A stretch of 64,000 bases of DNA from Eledone cirrhosa (Eukaryota), in contig OZ024743.1 in NCBI GenBank assembly GCA_964016885.1, forward strand, positions 74,710,001 to 74,774,000. Reading direction: 5' to 3'. A model generated the notes under the pieces. That model searched no databases. It saw nothing but the letters and a program-made list of their open reading frames with translations, and was not told the DNA's origin. This document shows, piece after piece, positions 29,569 through 40,529 of the stretch (the first letter of the stretch is position 1; the number at the start of each line of letters is the position of its first letter). A program made the position numbers and the translations under genes.

Positions 29569-29867
29569 AGAGTAATTATAAAACTCCCGTCAACGGGTAC
29601 CATATATTCATACTTTAAAGTTATAACGGAATTGATTTGCGCGAGGAAAAGGAGAAACAAACAGAACAGAGAACAGCAGTAACGCCATCTTGGTTCATCA
29701 GCACGAAAACTGGAATAGACGTCTGAGTGATTTCTTACTCAATAAGTAGCGAGATCATAGTCAAACCCAGGGTGTCAGTGGTTGGAGCGGGGAGGGGTAA
29801 ATGTGTATCCGTTAAAAGAGATGTGTTTGAGGTGATACTGAATAACACATGCGTATATAGCCAATGA

Positions 29868-29948
29868 TACTTGCCCAAGACGCCACGCAATAGGATCGAA
29901 CCTGTGACCTATTGTTTGTGCCGAGAACTACTTAGCCAATCGGTCATC
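29868..29948 (-). mobile_element. Partial SINE family 2-like head
   Basis: CTTGCCCAAGACGCCACGCAATAGGATCGAACC is the reverse of a B-box plus the TTGGGCAAG core. Confidence 0.6.
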
Positions 29949-29952
29949 TTAT

Positions 29953-30112
29953 AAGGCGGCGAATTGGTAGAATCATTAGAACGTCAGATAGAATACTTTG
30001 TGGTATTTGATCCGACTCTCTGCTCTCTGAGTTCAAATCCCGCCGAGGTCAACTTTATCTTTCATCCATTCGCGGTCGATCAAAAAGTACCAGTCTAATA
30101 CTGGGGTCGATT
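29953..30112 (+). mobile_element. SINE family 1 (older variant)
   Basis: AAGGCGGCGAATTGGTAGAATC...GAGTTCAAATCCCGCCGAGGTCAACTTT...AAGTACCAG. Confidence 0.88.
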
Positions 30113-30647
30113 CTTCCTCTATATCTGTTTCTCTCTTTCTCTCTCTCACTTTCTATCCTCCTCTGGACGAAATCTGTTGTACTCAGGCCTGGAGAAGAGA
30201 TGCCCAAGAAACACAGCATTTCACTACGGCGCTCCTACGACTCTCTCTCTCTCTCGGGAGTTAAAACGAGATAAAAAGGAAAGAAATGTTCATGTTGTGA
30301 TTGAAACAGAAGTTGGAATATTTTCAAGCAGTTTTCTGGTTTATATTCTAATCCACTTCATATTCGAAGAACGCTTTGTTATCACACATCAACATATCTT
30401 ATTAATGCAATATCTCTAATTTCAATTTTGAGATATTTTTCTCACAACTTAACTTAGGCGTACTGTTCCCTCCTTTTCCTCTCATTTATGACATTCATTG
30501 TCCTTTCCTCTACTTTCCTATACAGCCAGATATACCCTTCTTTACTCCTTCCCACATTTTTTCATTACCTTTTTTATCTTTTTTTATTTCATATTCCCAT
30601 ATTCTGTCTGTAAAATATAGTTGATATATGTTTATATATGTTTATAT

Positions 30648-30996
30648 GGAGGCACATGGCTTAATGGTTAGAGCATTGGGCTTGCAATCGAAAGGTTGTG
30701 AGTTCAATTCTCAGACCGGGTGATGTGTTGTTTCCTTGAGCAAGACACTTTATTTCACATTGCTCCAGTTTACTCAGCTGTAGAAATGAGATGATAGGGA
30801 CCGCAGTCCCTATCATTCCACTGCAAAGTGGTCGTGGAGGTGCCACGACAAAAAAGCACCCAGCACTCACTGTAAATGAGGTTGGTGTTAGGAAGGGCAT
30901 CCAGCTGTAGAAATCAAGCCAGAATCAGTTCCCGTCCCACCCTTGCGAGCAGGGAAAAGTGGACGTAAAATGAAATGATGATGATGATGATGATGA
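30648..30996 (+). mobile_element. SINE family 2 head with a second body (GGTTGGTGTTAGGAAGGGCATCCAGC) and RTE-type tail (GAT)n
   Basis: Head and core nearly identical to 24510-24650. Ends GGAAAAGTGGACGTAAAATGAAATGATGATGAT. Confidence 0.88.
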
Positions 30997-31200
30997 TAAC
31001 AGATAACAAAATATTTACATCATTGTATAACTTCTGTTTGTATATAACAGATAAAAAAATATTTACATCATTGTATAACTTCTGTTAGTTGACAAAATAT
31101 ATTTATGTATAATAGATAACCAAATATTTCCATTATTGTATAACTTCTGTTTGTATAATATAGTTGATATAATATGTTTATGTATAACAAATAACCAAAT
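30996..31200. repeat. Degenerate ~50-65-bp AT-rich tandem repeat (ATAACAGATAA..ATATTTACATCATTGTATAACTTCTGTT)
   Basis: ATTGTATAACTTCTGTT occurs three times. Confidence 0.8.
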
Positions 31201-31214
31201 AAAATCTATTGGCT

Positions 31215-32860
31215 ATTTAAAAAAAAGTTATATATGTTAAGTAAAATAAGCTGTACCAAACAGAGTACATCTCTTAAAGTTTCTTCATTGTCATTTGTTA
31301 AATAACTGCCAGGACTATTTCAAGAAGTGATATCAATACAGACAATTTCTCCTAATGTATTTTAGTTTGTTTTATTCATATCTATTAAAAATACTATGAA
31401 TAAAGTGAGTTTTATTATGGTTTTGTGTTTCGTTGATGCTGGTGAGGTAGTTGTAAGTGATATTGTGTTAGTTTCCACCCGTTATATATTCAGAAAGCAT
31501 CTTTATTATTCGTATGTGATTGGGTGGGGCTAGTTAGGAATTAGACACATCATATATGAAATCTATTCTTTACTGAATACCGTATTAATACAGTTTTCGG
31601 GTGATGTGTCTTTGTCACTGTAATAGCCATTATATTCCCCCGAATGCTGTTACAATTTACAACCCTTCTCACTGAAAGTCTATTGCTGTTCACAATAAAC
31701 CACTCATCAATTAACTCTATTATCATATTAACTGTTTTTAGTCATGTCAACCATCCCTGGAAGTTGTCTAGAGATTTCACAGATGAATATATGCAATAGA
31801 TTATCGATATTGAATCAATAAAATGTCACCGACTCGATATATAATCTGCTTTACATTCATATGGTATGATTACGGGTTTCGTAAATATTTTCAAATGCAT
31901 AGAACTATATCAAAGATAGTGTGATTATGTGTCGCCATACAAGACACATGTGTGTGGATATGAAGGATACAAGAGTGTGTCTTAGCTGGAAGTGGATATA
32001 TATATGTCTGTACATGTTTTATATATTTATTTCATATTTGTATTAATTTGAAAATGTTTACGTATGATCAAATATATAAAGGAACATAAACTATTGTAGA
32101 TGTAAAGGTTGTGTGGCCGGATCACTGGTTTAATCATGCTATTGATCCTTAAATATATATATAGAGAAACATATAGACAAAGAAATAGATATATAGATGT
32201 GTGGATGTGTGCGTGTGTAATTGTGTGTGTGTGTGTGTGTGTGTGTTCGTGCGTGTGGTCGTGTGTGTGTGTGTGGTTAAAGAGTTCGCTTTTTAAACAC
32301 GTGATTTGGGGTTTAGTCACACCATATGTTACATTGTGCAAGGGTTTTCTACTCTAGTCTTCAGTTGACCAATGTATTGTGGGGGAAATTTTGGTGGAGG
32401 TAAATAGTTAAATAGTGCGGAAGCCTATGATATATATATGTATATATACACACACACATATATATATATCCAGGGAGTGGATATATAGATAGATAGATGT
32501 GTGTTTGTGTGTATGCGAGCGTGCGTGTGCGTGTATGGCAATATACATAATATACAAACATTGGATTGGCAGTATCGGTAGAGCGTCAGACACTATGATT
32601 TGCAGTATAGAGTTATGGTCCTTTAACTTCTGAGTTCAAATCCCGCCGAGGTTAACTTTGCCCTCCATCCTTACAGGGTTAATAATATAAAGTACCAGTA
32701 ATGCACTGGGATAATTGCTGGCTTGTGCCAAAAGTAGAAGCAATTCTTATTATTACTCTTTCCACACAAATATATCCTACCTTATAAACGTATAGCAATA
32801 TGGAACCCTAAAACTATCAATTTCTTCTATTGTTCAACGTTAAAATATTAGGTTTTCATA
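31215..32860 (+). pseudogene. Decayed TLR-like pseudogene, copy B
   Basis: SIQTISPNVF (~31333); CLCHCNSHYIPPNAVTIY (31607-31660, like the LRRNT IPxxATxIY); NHPWKLSRDF...IIDIESIKC (31749-31826, LRRCT); hydrophobic VLYIYFIFVLI*KCLRMIK (~32015-32072); YILP...NYQFLL (~32772-32830, weak TIR-like). Confidence 0.55.
32561..32745 (+). mobile_element. SINE family 1
   Basis: GGATTGGCAGTATCGGTAGAG...GAGTTCAAATCCCGCCGAGG...AAGTACCAG...GTGCCAAAAGTAGAA. Confidence 0.92.
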
Positions 32861-32863
32861 TTG

Positions 32864-34800
32864 TACGGAAGGCAACTGAGAGGTTTTGAGATTCCAAGAA
32901 ATGGTAACATATACAAATATTTTCTTGTTTTATTTTTCAGCATAATCACTCTTGGAGTCTACACACTTCTTCCACCGGTGCTGAAGTGAGAGGACCCCAC
33001 TGAATTAGAACTCCCCTTCCACGGGTGCTGAAGTGAGAGGACCCCACTGAATTAGAACTCCCCTTCCACCGGTGCTGAAGTGAGAGGACCCCACTAAATT
33101 AGAACTCCCCTCCCACCGGTGCTGTAGTGAGAGGACCCCACTGAATTAGGACTACACTTCCACGGGTGCTGTAGTGAGAGGATCCCACTGAATTAGAACT
33201 CCCCTTCCACCGGTGCTGAAGTGACAGGATCCCACTGAATTAGAACTCCCCTTCCACCGGTGCTGAAGTGACAGGATCTCACTAAATTAGAACTCCCCTT
33301 CCACCGGTGCTGAAGTGACAGGATCCCACTAAATTAGAACTCCCCTTCCACCGGTGCTGAAGTGAGAGGATCCCACTGAATTAGAACTCCCCTTCCACCG
33401 GTGCTGAAGTGACAGGATCCCACTAAATTAGAACTCCCCTTCCACTGGTGCTGAAGTGACAGGATCCCACTAAATTAGAACTCCCCTTCCACCGGTGCTG
33501 AAGTGACAGGATCCCACTAAATTAGAACTCCCCTTCCACTGGTGCTGTAGTGAGAGGATCCCACTGAATTAGGACTACACTTCCACGGGTACTGTAGTGA
33601 GAGGACCCCACTGAATTAGAACTCCCCTTCCACTGGTGCTGAAGTGAAAGGATCCCACTGAATTAGAACTCCCCTTCCACTGGTGCTGAAGTGAAAGGAT
33701 CCCACTAAATTAGAACTCCCCTTCCACTGGTGCTGAAGTGAAAGGATCCCACTGAATTAGAACTCCCCTTCCACTGGTGCTGAAGTGAAAGGATCCCACT
33801 GAATTAGAACTCCCCTTCCACTGGTGCTGAAGTGAAAGGATCCCACTGAATTAGAACTCCCCTTCCACTGGTGCTGAAGTGAAAGGATCCCACTGAATTA
33901 GAACTCCCCTTCCACTGGTGCTGAAGTGACAGGATCCCACTAAATTAGAACTCCCCTTCCACGGGTACTGTAGTGAGAGGATCCCACTGAATTAGGACTA
34001 CACTTCCACGGGTGCTGTAGTGAGAGGATCCCACTGAATTAGGACTACACTTCCACGGGTGCTGTAGTGAGAGGATCCCACTAAATTAGAACTCCCCTTC
34101 CACGGGTGCTGAAATGACAGGACCCCACTGAATTAGGACTACACTTCCACGGGTGCTGTAGTGAGAGGATCCCACTGAATTAGGACTACACTTCCACGGG
34201 TACTGTAGTGAGAGGACCCCACTGAATTAGGACTACACTTCCACGGGTGCTGTAGTGCGAGGATCCCACTGAATTAGGACTCCTTACTTTGGTCCACCAG
34301 ATTGTTGTCTCCAGCATCTATGACGTCATCATGGTTGTGAACAGGTGGAAGTCGGAGGTCTGGTGTTTATGGTAGATGAGGGACCAGTTAGAACCCACAT
34401 TCACAGATTGTTGCCATTGATACCACTAAGATGTGGGTAGGAGCATTGTCATGATGGAACAAGACCCCTTTTGTCAGCATTCCTGGCTTGTTCTTGATTT
34501 TGTTACGCATACGTTTAAGTAGGTTGGCGTTGTGTTGTCAGGTGGTGGTGTGGCCCTTTTGGAGATAATCCACCAACAACACTCCTTGTGTATCCCAGAA
34601 AATGGTAGCCATGGACCTTTCCTTATGGTGGTGTGATCTTGGCCTTCTGCAGCGTCGGTGAGGATAGGTGCTTCCACTGTTTAGACTCCTCTTTTGTTTC
34701 AGGTTGGTAGTGATGGACCCAGGTCTCGTCCATGGTTACAAATCGTGCCAGGAAATCTTCCGGATCAGCTTCAAATAGTTCCGAATGTTTGAAGGACATG
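32864..34800 (-). mobile_element. Degenerate 5'-truncated mariner (DD34D) transposon containing a minisatellite
   Basis: FLARFVTMDETWVHHYQPETKEESKQWK; GVLFHHDNAPTH; HLP*TPDL (HPPYSPDL motif); DDVIDA; C-terminal LQHRWKKCVDSKSDYAEK*; TIR-like end TACGGAAGGCAACTGAGAGGTT at 32864. Confidence 0.93.
32970..34285. repeat. 47-bp minisatellite TTCCACCGGTGCTGAAGTGAGAGGACCCCACTGAATTAGAACTCCCC, ~28 copies
   Basis: TTCCAC at 32970 and 33017 (period 47). The unit is a piece of the mariner transposase coding sequence. Confidence 0.97.
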
Positions 34801-34898
34801 GCGTGACAAGTATAAGATTTTATGTTCACATTTGTTTACTATCTTTTCTAGTTCTTCATTATTGCCTTCATTATAGTTGCTTAATATTTGTAAAATGT

Positions 34899-35092
34899 AA
34901 GGTTTGGCAGAATCGGTAGAGCGTCCAACAATATGCTTTATAGAATTACGATCTAAGTTCAACTCCTGTCGAGGTTAGCTTTGCCTTTCATCCTTACGGG
35001 GTCGATAAAATAAAGTACCAGTAATGTACTCGAGTCAATTTAAACGACTTTCCCCTCCCCAAATTGTTGATCTTGTGCCTAAATTAGAAATC
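34899..35092 (+). mobile_element. SINE family 1 with TSD AATATTT(T)GTAAAAT
   Basis: Family 1 core. Flanking duplication at ~34883-34896 and ~35093-35107. Confidence 0.88.
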
Positions 35093-35099
35093 AATATTT

Positions 35100-35330
35100 T
35101 GTAAAATATATAATTTTCTGTCATAACTTTAAATACATTATAAAACTTCATTTGTTGAGTTTACAATATAATCTTTTCTAAAAACAGAAAAGATTTACAT
35201 ATGTTAAAGTTATATAATAAAATTTCTCTTCAACAACTAACTTAGAGCTTTTAGTTTTACATTAAGTGGCATATATAATTAGATACTTCAATAAATTATT
35301 GATACAAACTATCGGTAAATATATATACCT
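35100..35330 (+). pseudogene. Possible further TLR-like remnant (LRR + LRRCT)
   Basis: In frame from 35223: FLFNN*LRAFSFTLSGIYN*ILQ*IIDTN. Short and weak. Confidence 0.3.
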
Positions 35331-35381
35331 TGTAGTTATCTACCGTAATTAATAGTTATAATTATTATACTTATATAGCTT

Positions 35382-35385
<4 letters not shown>

Positions 35386-35470
<85 letters not shown>
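35386..35470. repeat. (CT)n microsatellite
   Basis: Read directly. Confidence 0.98.
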
Positions 35471-35471
<1 letters not shown>

Positions 35472-35679
35472 ATTACTTATTATTAACAACTAATTTTTCT
35501 GAGCAGATAATCTCCCCTCTTCAATGCATGTATGATCCCGTAACTCCTGGCGGAATCGTAGGGATGTCATGTTGACATACAGCCTTTCTACGACATTTTA
35601 AAACCTGGCGGAGCCTAATCCTCCTTCTAGAGAAGGAGAGAGAGTCAGGTAATAGAAGTGAGAAGCAGACAGAGTAAGA

Positions 35680-35820
35680 ATTGACTGGTACCTTAAATGG
35701 ATGAAAGGCAAAGTTGACCACGGTGGGATTTGAACTCAAAGAGCAAAGAACCGAAACGAATACCGCAAAGCATTTTATCTGACATTCTGACGACTCTGAC
35801 GATTCACTGCATACCACCTT
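35680..35820 (-). mobile_element. SINE family 1 (older variant)
   Basis: ACTGGTACC...GGATGAAAGGCAAAGTTGACCACGGTGGGATTTGAACTC. Confidence 0.85.
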
Positions 35821-35866
35821 CAATATAAATGTCAATAATAAGTAATGGTAGATAGATTTAACCCAC

Positions 35867-37117
35867 CCTAAACTGGTTCTGCAACTAAACTGGTACTGCT
35901 CTAAACTGGTACTGCTCTAAACTGGTACTACAACTAAACTGGTACTGCTCTAAACTGGTACTACAACTAAACTGGTACTGATCTAAACTGGTACTGCCCT
36001 AAACTGGTACTACAACTAAACTGGTACTGCTCTAAACTGGTACTACAACTAAACTGGTACTGCAACTAAACTGGTACTACAACTAAACTGGTACTGCAAC
36101 TAAACTGGTACTACCCTAAACTGTTACTGCCCTAAACTGGTACTACAACTAAACTGGTACTGCTCTAAACTGGTACTACAACTAAACTGGTACTGCTCTA
36201 AACTGGTACTGCCCTAAACTGGTACTACAACTAAACTGGTACTGCTCTAAACTGGTACTACAACTAAACTGGTACTGTAACTAAACTGGTACTGCCCTAA
36301 ACTGGTACTGCAACTAAACTGGTACTACCCTAAACTGGTACTGCCCTAAACTGGTACTACAACTAAACTGGTACTGCAACTAAACTGGTACTGCCCTAAA
36401 CTGGTACTGCCCTAAACTGGTACTGCAACTAAACTGGTACTACCCTAAACTGGTACTACAACTAAACTGGTACTGCAACTAAACTGGTACTGCTCTAAAC
36501 TGGTACTACAACTAAACTGGTACTGCAACTAAACTGGTACTGCAACTAAACTGGTACTGCTCTAAACTGGTACTACAACTAAACTGGTACTGCAACTAAA
36601 TTGGTACTGCCCTAAACTGGTACTACAACTAAACTGGTACTGCAACTAAACTGGTACTGCCCTAAACTGGTACTACCCTAAACTGTTACTGCCCTAAACT
36701 GGTACTACCCTAAACTGGTACTGCAACTAAACTTGTACTGCCCTAAACTGGTACTGCCCTAAACTAGAACTGCCCTAAACTGGTACTACCCTAAACTAGT
36801 ACTGCCCTAAATTGGTACTGCCCTAAACTGGTACTACAACTAAACTGGTACTGCAACTAAATTGGTACTGCCCTAAACTGGTACTACAACTAAACTGGTA
36901 CTGCAACTAAACTGGTACTGCCCTAAACTGGTACTGCCCTAAATTGGTACTGCCCTAAACTGGTACTACACTAAACTGGCACTGCAACTAAACTTGTACT
37001 GCCCTAAACTGGTACTGCCCTAAACTAGTACTGCCCTAAACTGGTACTACCCTAAACTAGTACTGCCCTAAATTGGTACTGCCCTAAACTGGTACTACCC
37101 TAAACTGGTACTGCAAC
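35867..37117. repeat. Mixed 16/17-bp minisatellite CTAAACTGGTACT(GCC/GCT/ACC/GCAA/ACAA), ~75 units
   Basis: Read directly. Confidence 0.97.
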
Positions 37118-37401
37118 TTGAATTTATTCGAAAGTATCTTCACTCTACAGTGCTCGAACGTACAGGAGTATACATACATAGATATATGTAGATTTTATAT
37201 ACATATATATGAAATATAAAGTTTGATAGAGAGAGAGAAGAGCCATCTCAAAACCTTGTTTTGCGTGACCAATTTGGTGCCTCACTTTACAGACTTTTAG
37301 TCTTATTTGGAAGAATATTTCGTATCCTCACTGTCATGGCGAAATTAAAATCTATCTATGCATAAACGTCGAAGTAGTTCATTTATGAGGAATACAAATG
37401 T

Positions 37402-37404
<3 letters not shown>

Positions 37405-37464
<60 letters not shown>

Positions 37465-37531
37465 TGCTTTATGAGGGAAATATAAATGCAATGACCACAC
37501 GCACACACTTTGACATACACACATACACACT

Positions 37532-37607
<76 letters not shown>

Positions 37608-37654
37608 AGTATGTGCGTGTTCTCATTATACATATATTTCCCTCATAAAGCAAT
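37405..37654. repeat. (CA)n followed by a fold-back inverted repeat centred on (TA)n
   Basis: ATTGCTTTATGAGGGAAATATA (37463-37484) is the exact reverse complement of 37633-37654. (TA)n at 37534-37604. Confidence 0.92.
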
Positions 37655-38149
37655 TTTTTCTCTATTGCTTGATACGCTCTGTCGTCATTTTGTACATCAT
37701 ATAAGTTCTTTAGAAAATATTGTTGGAAAAATTGAAAACAACCAAGCGACATCATGTCGGTACGTGATCAGCACGGCGTTTGTTGCTCCTTACAATTGAA
37801 TATATATCATAATATATCAATTCCATCCTCTGAAATACTAATTCAGTTTAGAAATATGAAATTACATTCTTTATCTGAATTTCTTCCCAATATAATTGTT
37901 ATTTTTCTCTGATGTCAACTCTTCTATCGTTCTTGTGGAACATATATTTTAAACAACGAATACTACTGTTGCTTTTATTATTATTTACTATAATGTTCTC
38001 GAAAGTGTTTTGTGAATTTCTACTGCATCCCTAGGGTCATATACGTGTGTCTGAGGTGTATGGAACCATGTCGTTTAGGTATGTACAATTGTCTCTGTAT
38101 AATAGATCAGTTTTGCTTCGTTGTAGGATTTGTGTTGTTTTTGGTGCTA

Positions 38150-39480
38150 TTTCTGTGGGGATCTCAACAATTAGAATCAAGAGAAACATATCGATATGTT
38201 CCTCCATCGATGCTTGGCAACTGACCTCAAGGCAGCCAGTTATTTCCTGTTTCCAGAGGTTGGATCACTGCACAATGACATCAGCTTGCTGTTCAAAGAA
38301 ATAGCCACATTTCGGAACCATTTTGAATCATGTGCTCAGTTTTTTCCCATCCCTATTATATGTACTGACTCGTGAAGCAAGACACCAGAAACTGGACGTA
38401 CTGAGGATCACCCCGTTTGAAACAGGATATGGGAGGACCGTGTAGACATATACAGAAAATGGCACCGTAAAGATATCGAGGATTTCGGCACCGTTCTATA
38501 GAAATACGAGGCAGTAACTGGAACAATAATAGATCCGGACAAGATGGTGGACTTGTAGTCCGGCATTTGGAGAAAGAAATCCACGCCATCGGAAAGCGCC
38601 GTGCAGGTGGTAGGCAGATAAGTTGGTTAGATTGCTTGGGGTCTGATTTGATCCGGGCCTCCAGGTGGACGAAGTTACGTGCAGGGTAGCCGATCTCACG
38701 CAGAAATATTCTGAGAGAAAGCTATTTCTGATATGTCGGGTCGAGGTGGAAAACATGTATAATGCCTTAGTTGTATAACACCATCTAACTGTCGTGTCTT
38801 GCACTTGTTTCAGTGTGACCGGTTTGTAGCATCTCCTCTTTGGCTCCTTGAAGAAGGTGGTCCATCTACTGTCAACATCCTCCGCATGGTCTCGCTCAGG
38901 TTGTCTTCTTGACGGAGTTAAGGCTTGTGTCAGGCAAAGACGAAGACTGGGTAACTAGAATTATATAGCGAACTAATGGTGGAGATGTGCGAAGATGTTC
39001 ATGGAGAATCTCTGGAAGATAATGAAGATCAACTAGCTAGCAGGTTTCGGGTGACTTTCGAGCCGAAACCTTGGATAACGTCCTGGTACTTCTGATCATG
39101 ACACAGACCCCGTGAGGGGGGGGGGTATTTTTGTTTTGTGACAATTTCTACAGGCCCAGACGTACCGTCAATTGGGCATGCCCTAGAGTGGGACAGGGCG
39201 AAGTAACTGTTCTGCATACACTTGTTCAGAATCCGAGCATTGCTGCTCTGTGGGGATTTACAAACAGCTGTGGTTGCATGTGGGGCAGACCCGGCTATCA
39301 GCCCAATCCACCGTGAAAATCTCGCATTCATTGGCCAGGAAGGGCAGGTAGTTTTCCACTGAACACTTACGCACTTACCTATTTTGTGTCGGCTATTACT
39401 GTTAAGGTGCTGAGGGGCAGTTAAAGCCCCTTCACTATTCCTCCTTCCTGTCATGATCTGTATATACTGGGCTCTCAAGT
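38150..39480 (+). mobile_element. Degenerate L1/Tx1-clade LINE ORF2 fragment (RT to Cys-rich C-terminus)
   Basis: NQEKHIDMFLHRCLATDLKAA (38175, DxxKAFDRVxH-like); SLLYVLTRE (38350); KYEAVTGTIIDPDK (38502); LLGV*FDPGLQVD; ERKLFLICRVEVENMY; CPRVGQGEVTVLHTLVQNP (~39179). Many stops and frameshifts. Confidence 0.8.
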
Positions 39481-39482
39481 AA

Positions 39483-39566
<84 letters not shown>

Positions 39567-39588
39567 ATTTAGAAAAAAAACTCATTTT

Positions 39589-39636
<48 letters not shown>

Positions 39637-39638
<2 letters not shown>

Positions 39639-39800
39639 CTGCTGGTCCTTTAACCTTGTTCTGGTGACGCAGCTCGATGGAGCATGCAACTACTGATATA
39701 CTCATGTTTATAGGCTCTGATGATTCCTGCCATGGTGTATGGATGAAACACTGTTAGCTAATAAAACAATGTATTTCTAAGCACTCTTTGGTCATTCCTA

Positions 39801-39804
<4 letters not shown>
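39637..39804 (+). mobile_element. Short Penelope-like (pLTR-type) unit inserted in (TA)n
   Basis: Flanked on both sides by (TA)n (39592-39636, 39805-39858). Contains a hammerhead motif overlapping AATAAA. Confidence 0.55.
39707..39765 (+). ncRNA. Minimal type I hammerhead ribozyme
   Basis: CUGAUGA 39717-39723; stem II (UCC/GGA, closing pair U-U mismatch); GAAA 39745-39748; stem III AC-acu-GU; cleavage triplet GUU 39753-39755; stem I UUUAUAGGCU/AGCUAAUAAA with 9 of 10 pairs. Confidence 0.7.
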
Positions 39805-39860
<56 letters not shown>

Positions 39861-40484
39861 AAAATGAGGTGTTTTTTTTTTAAATGAATCAAAAACGAGA
39901 TGTCCTACACGAGTGAAAGTATAAGGAAAAAAGATGAAATCGAAATGCAACTGGAGCCTTTTTAAGAATATTTATTTGTTTCCTTTACCGATTTCACAGA
40001 TCTTATACTTTTCGAAAGTAGAATTGAGATGGAGGGTTTGTGGTTTTTCTCGCATCTGGTTGGTGTTCGAATGTTACTTCTCTTTTATGTGGAAAAAACT
40101 GGCTCGAAATGCTAGGTTTTTTAGAAAAGTAATTGGGTTGGTTGATGACTGTCACGTGAATAAGTATTTCGCGCCAGTTCGCGTTACAGAGTTCTTATTG
40201 TATTTGCCTTCAAAAAGAAGGGGATGGGGCTCATATTGTTTTTTCATATATTAGTGAAATTTGGTTGGTTGATGCAGTCACGTGAATAAGCACATCAACT
40301 TTTGCGCCAGTTCATGTTTGAGGGTTCTTTTCAGAAGATCCCGTTAAGGGTGAAAGCAGCGATTCTTTGCTTAAACTTTAATCTGTTATTTTAATAGATA
40401 TTTGCTCTACGGTTCTTATATATTTGATATATATTTATCCTTATCGAGCCCTCTTTGGACTTTAGTCTTCAAATTTATTATTAT

Positions 40485-40529
<45 letters not shown>

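Noticed and set aside
28750-29575. AAVRGVTFDGI repeat protein
   Set aside because: Translation of a 33-bp minisatellite. It starts inside a SINE and has a frameshift, with no gene context.
35867-37117. Telomere-like CCCTAAA motif
   Set aside because: Present only as part of some 16-bp units, never as tandem telomeric repeats.
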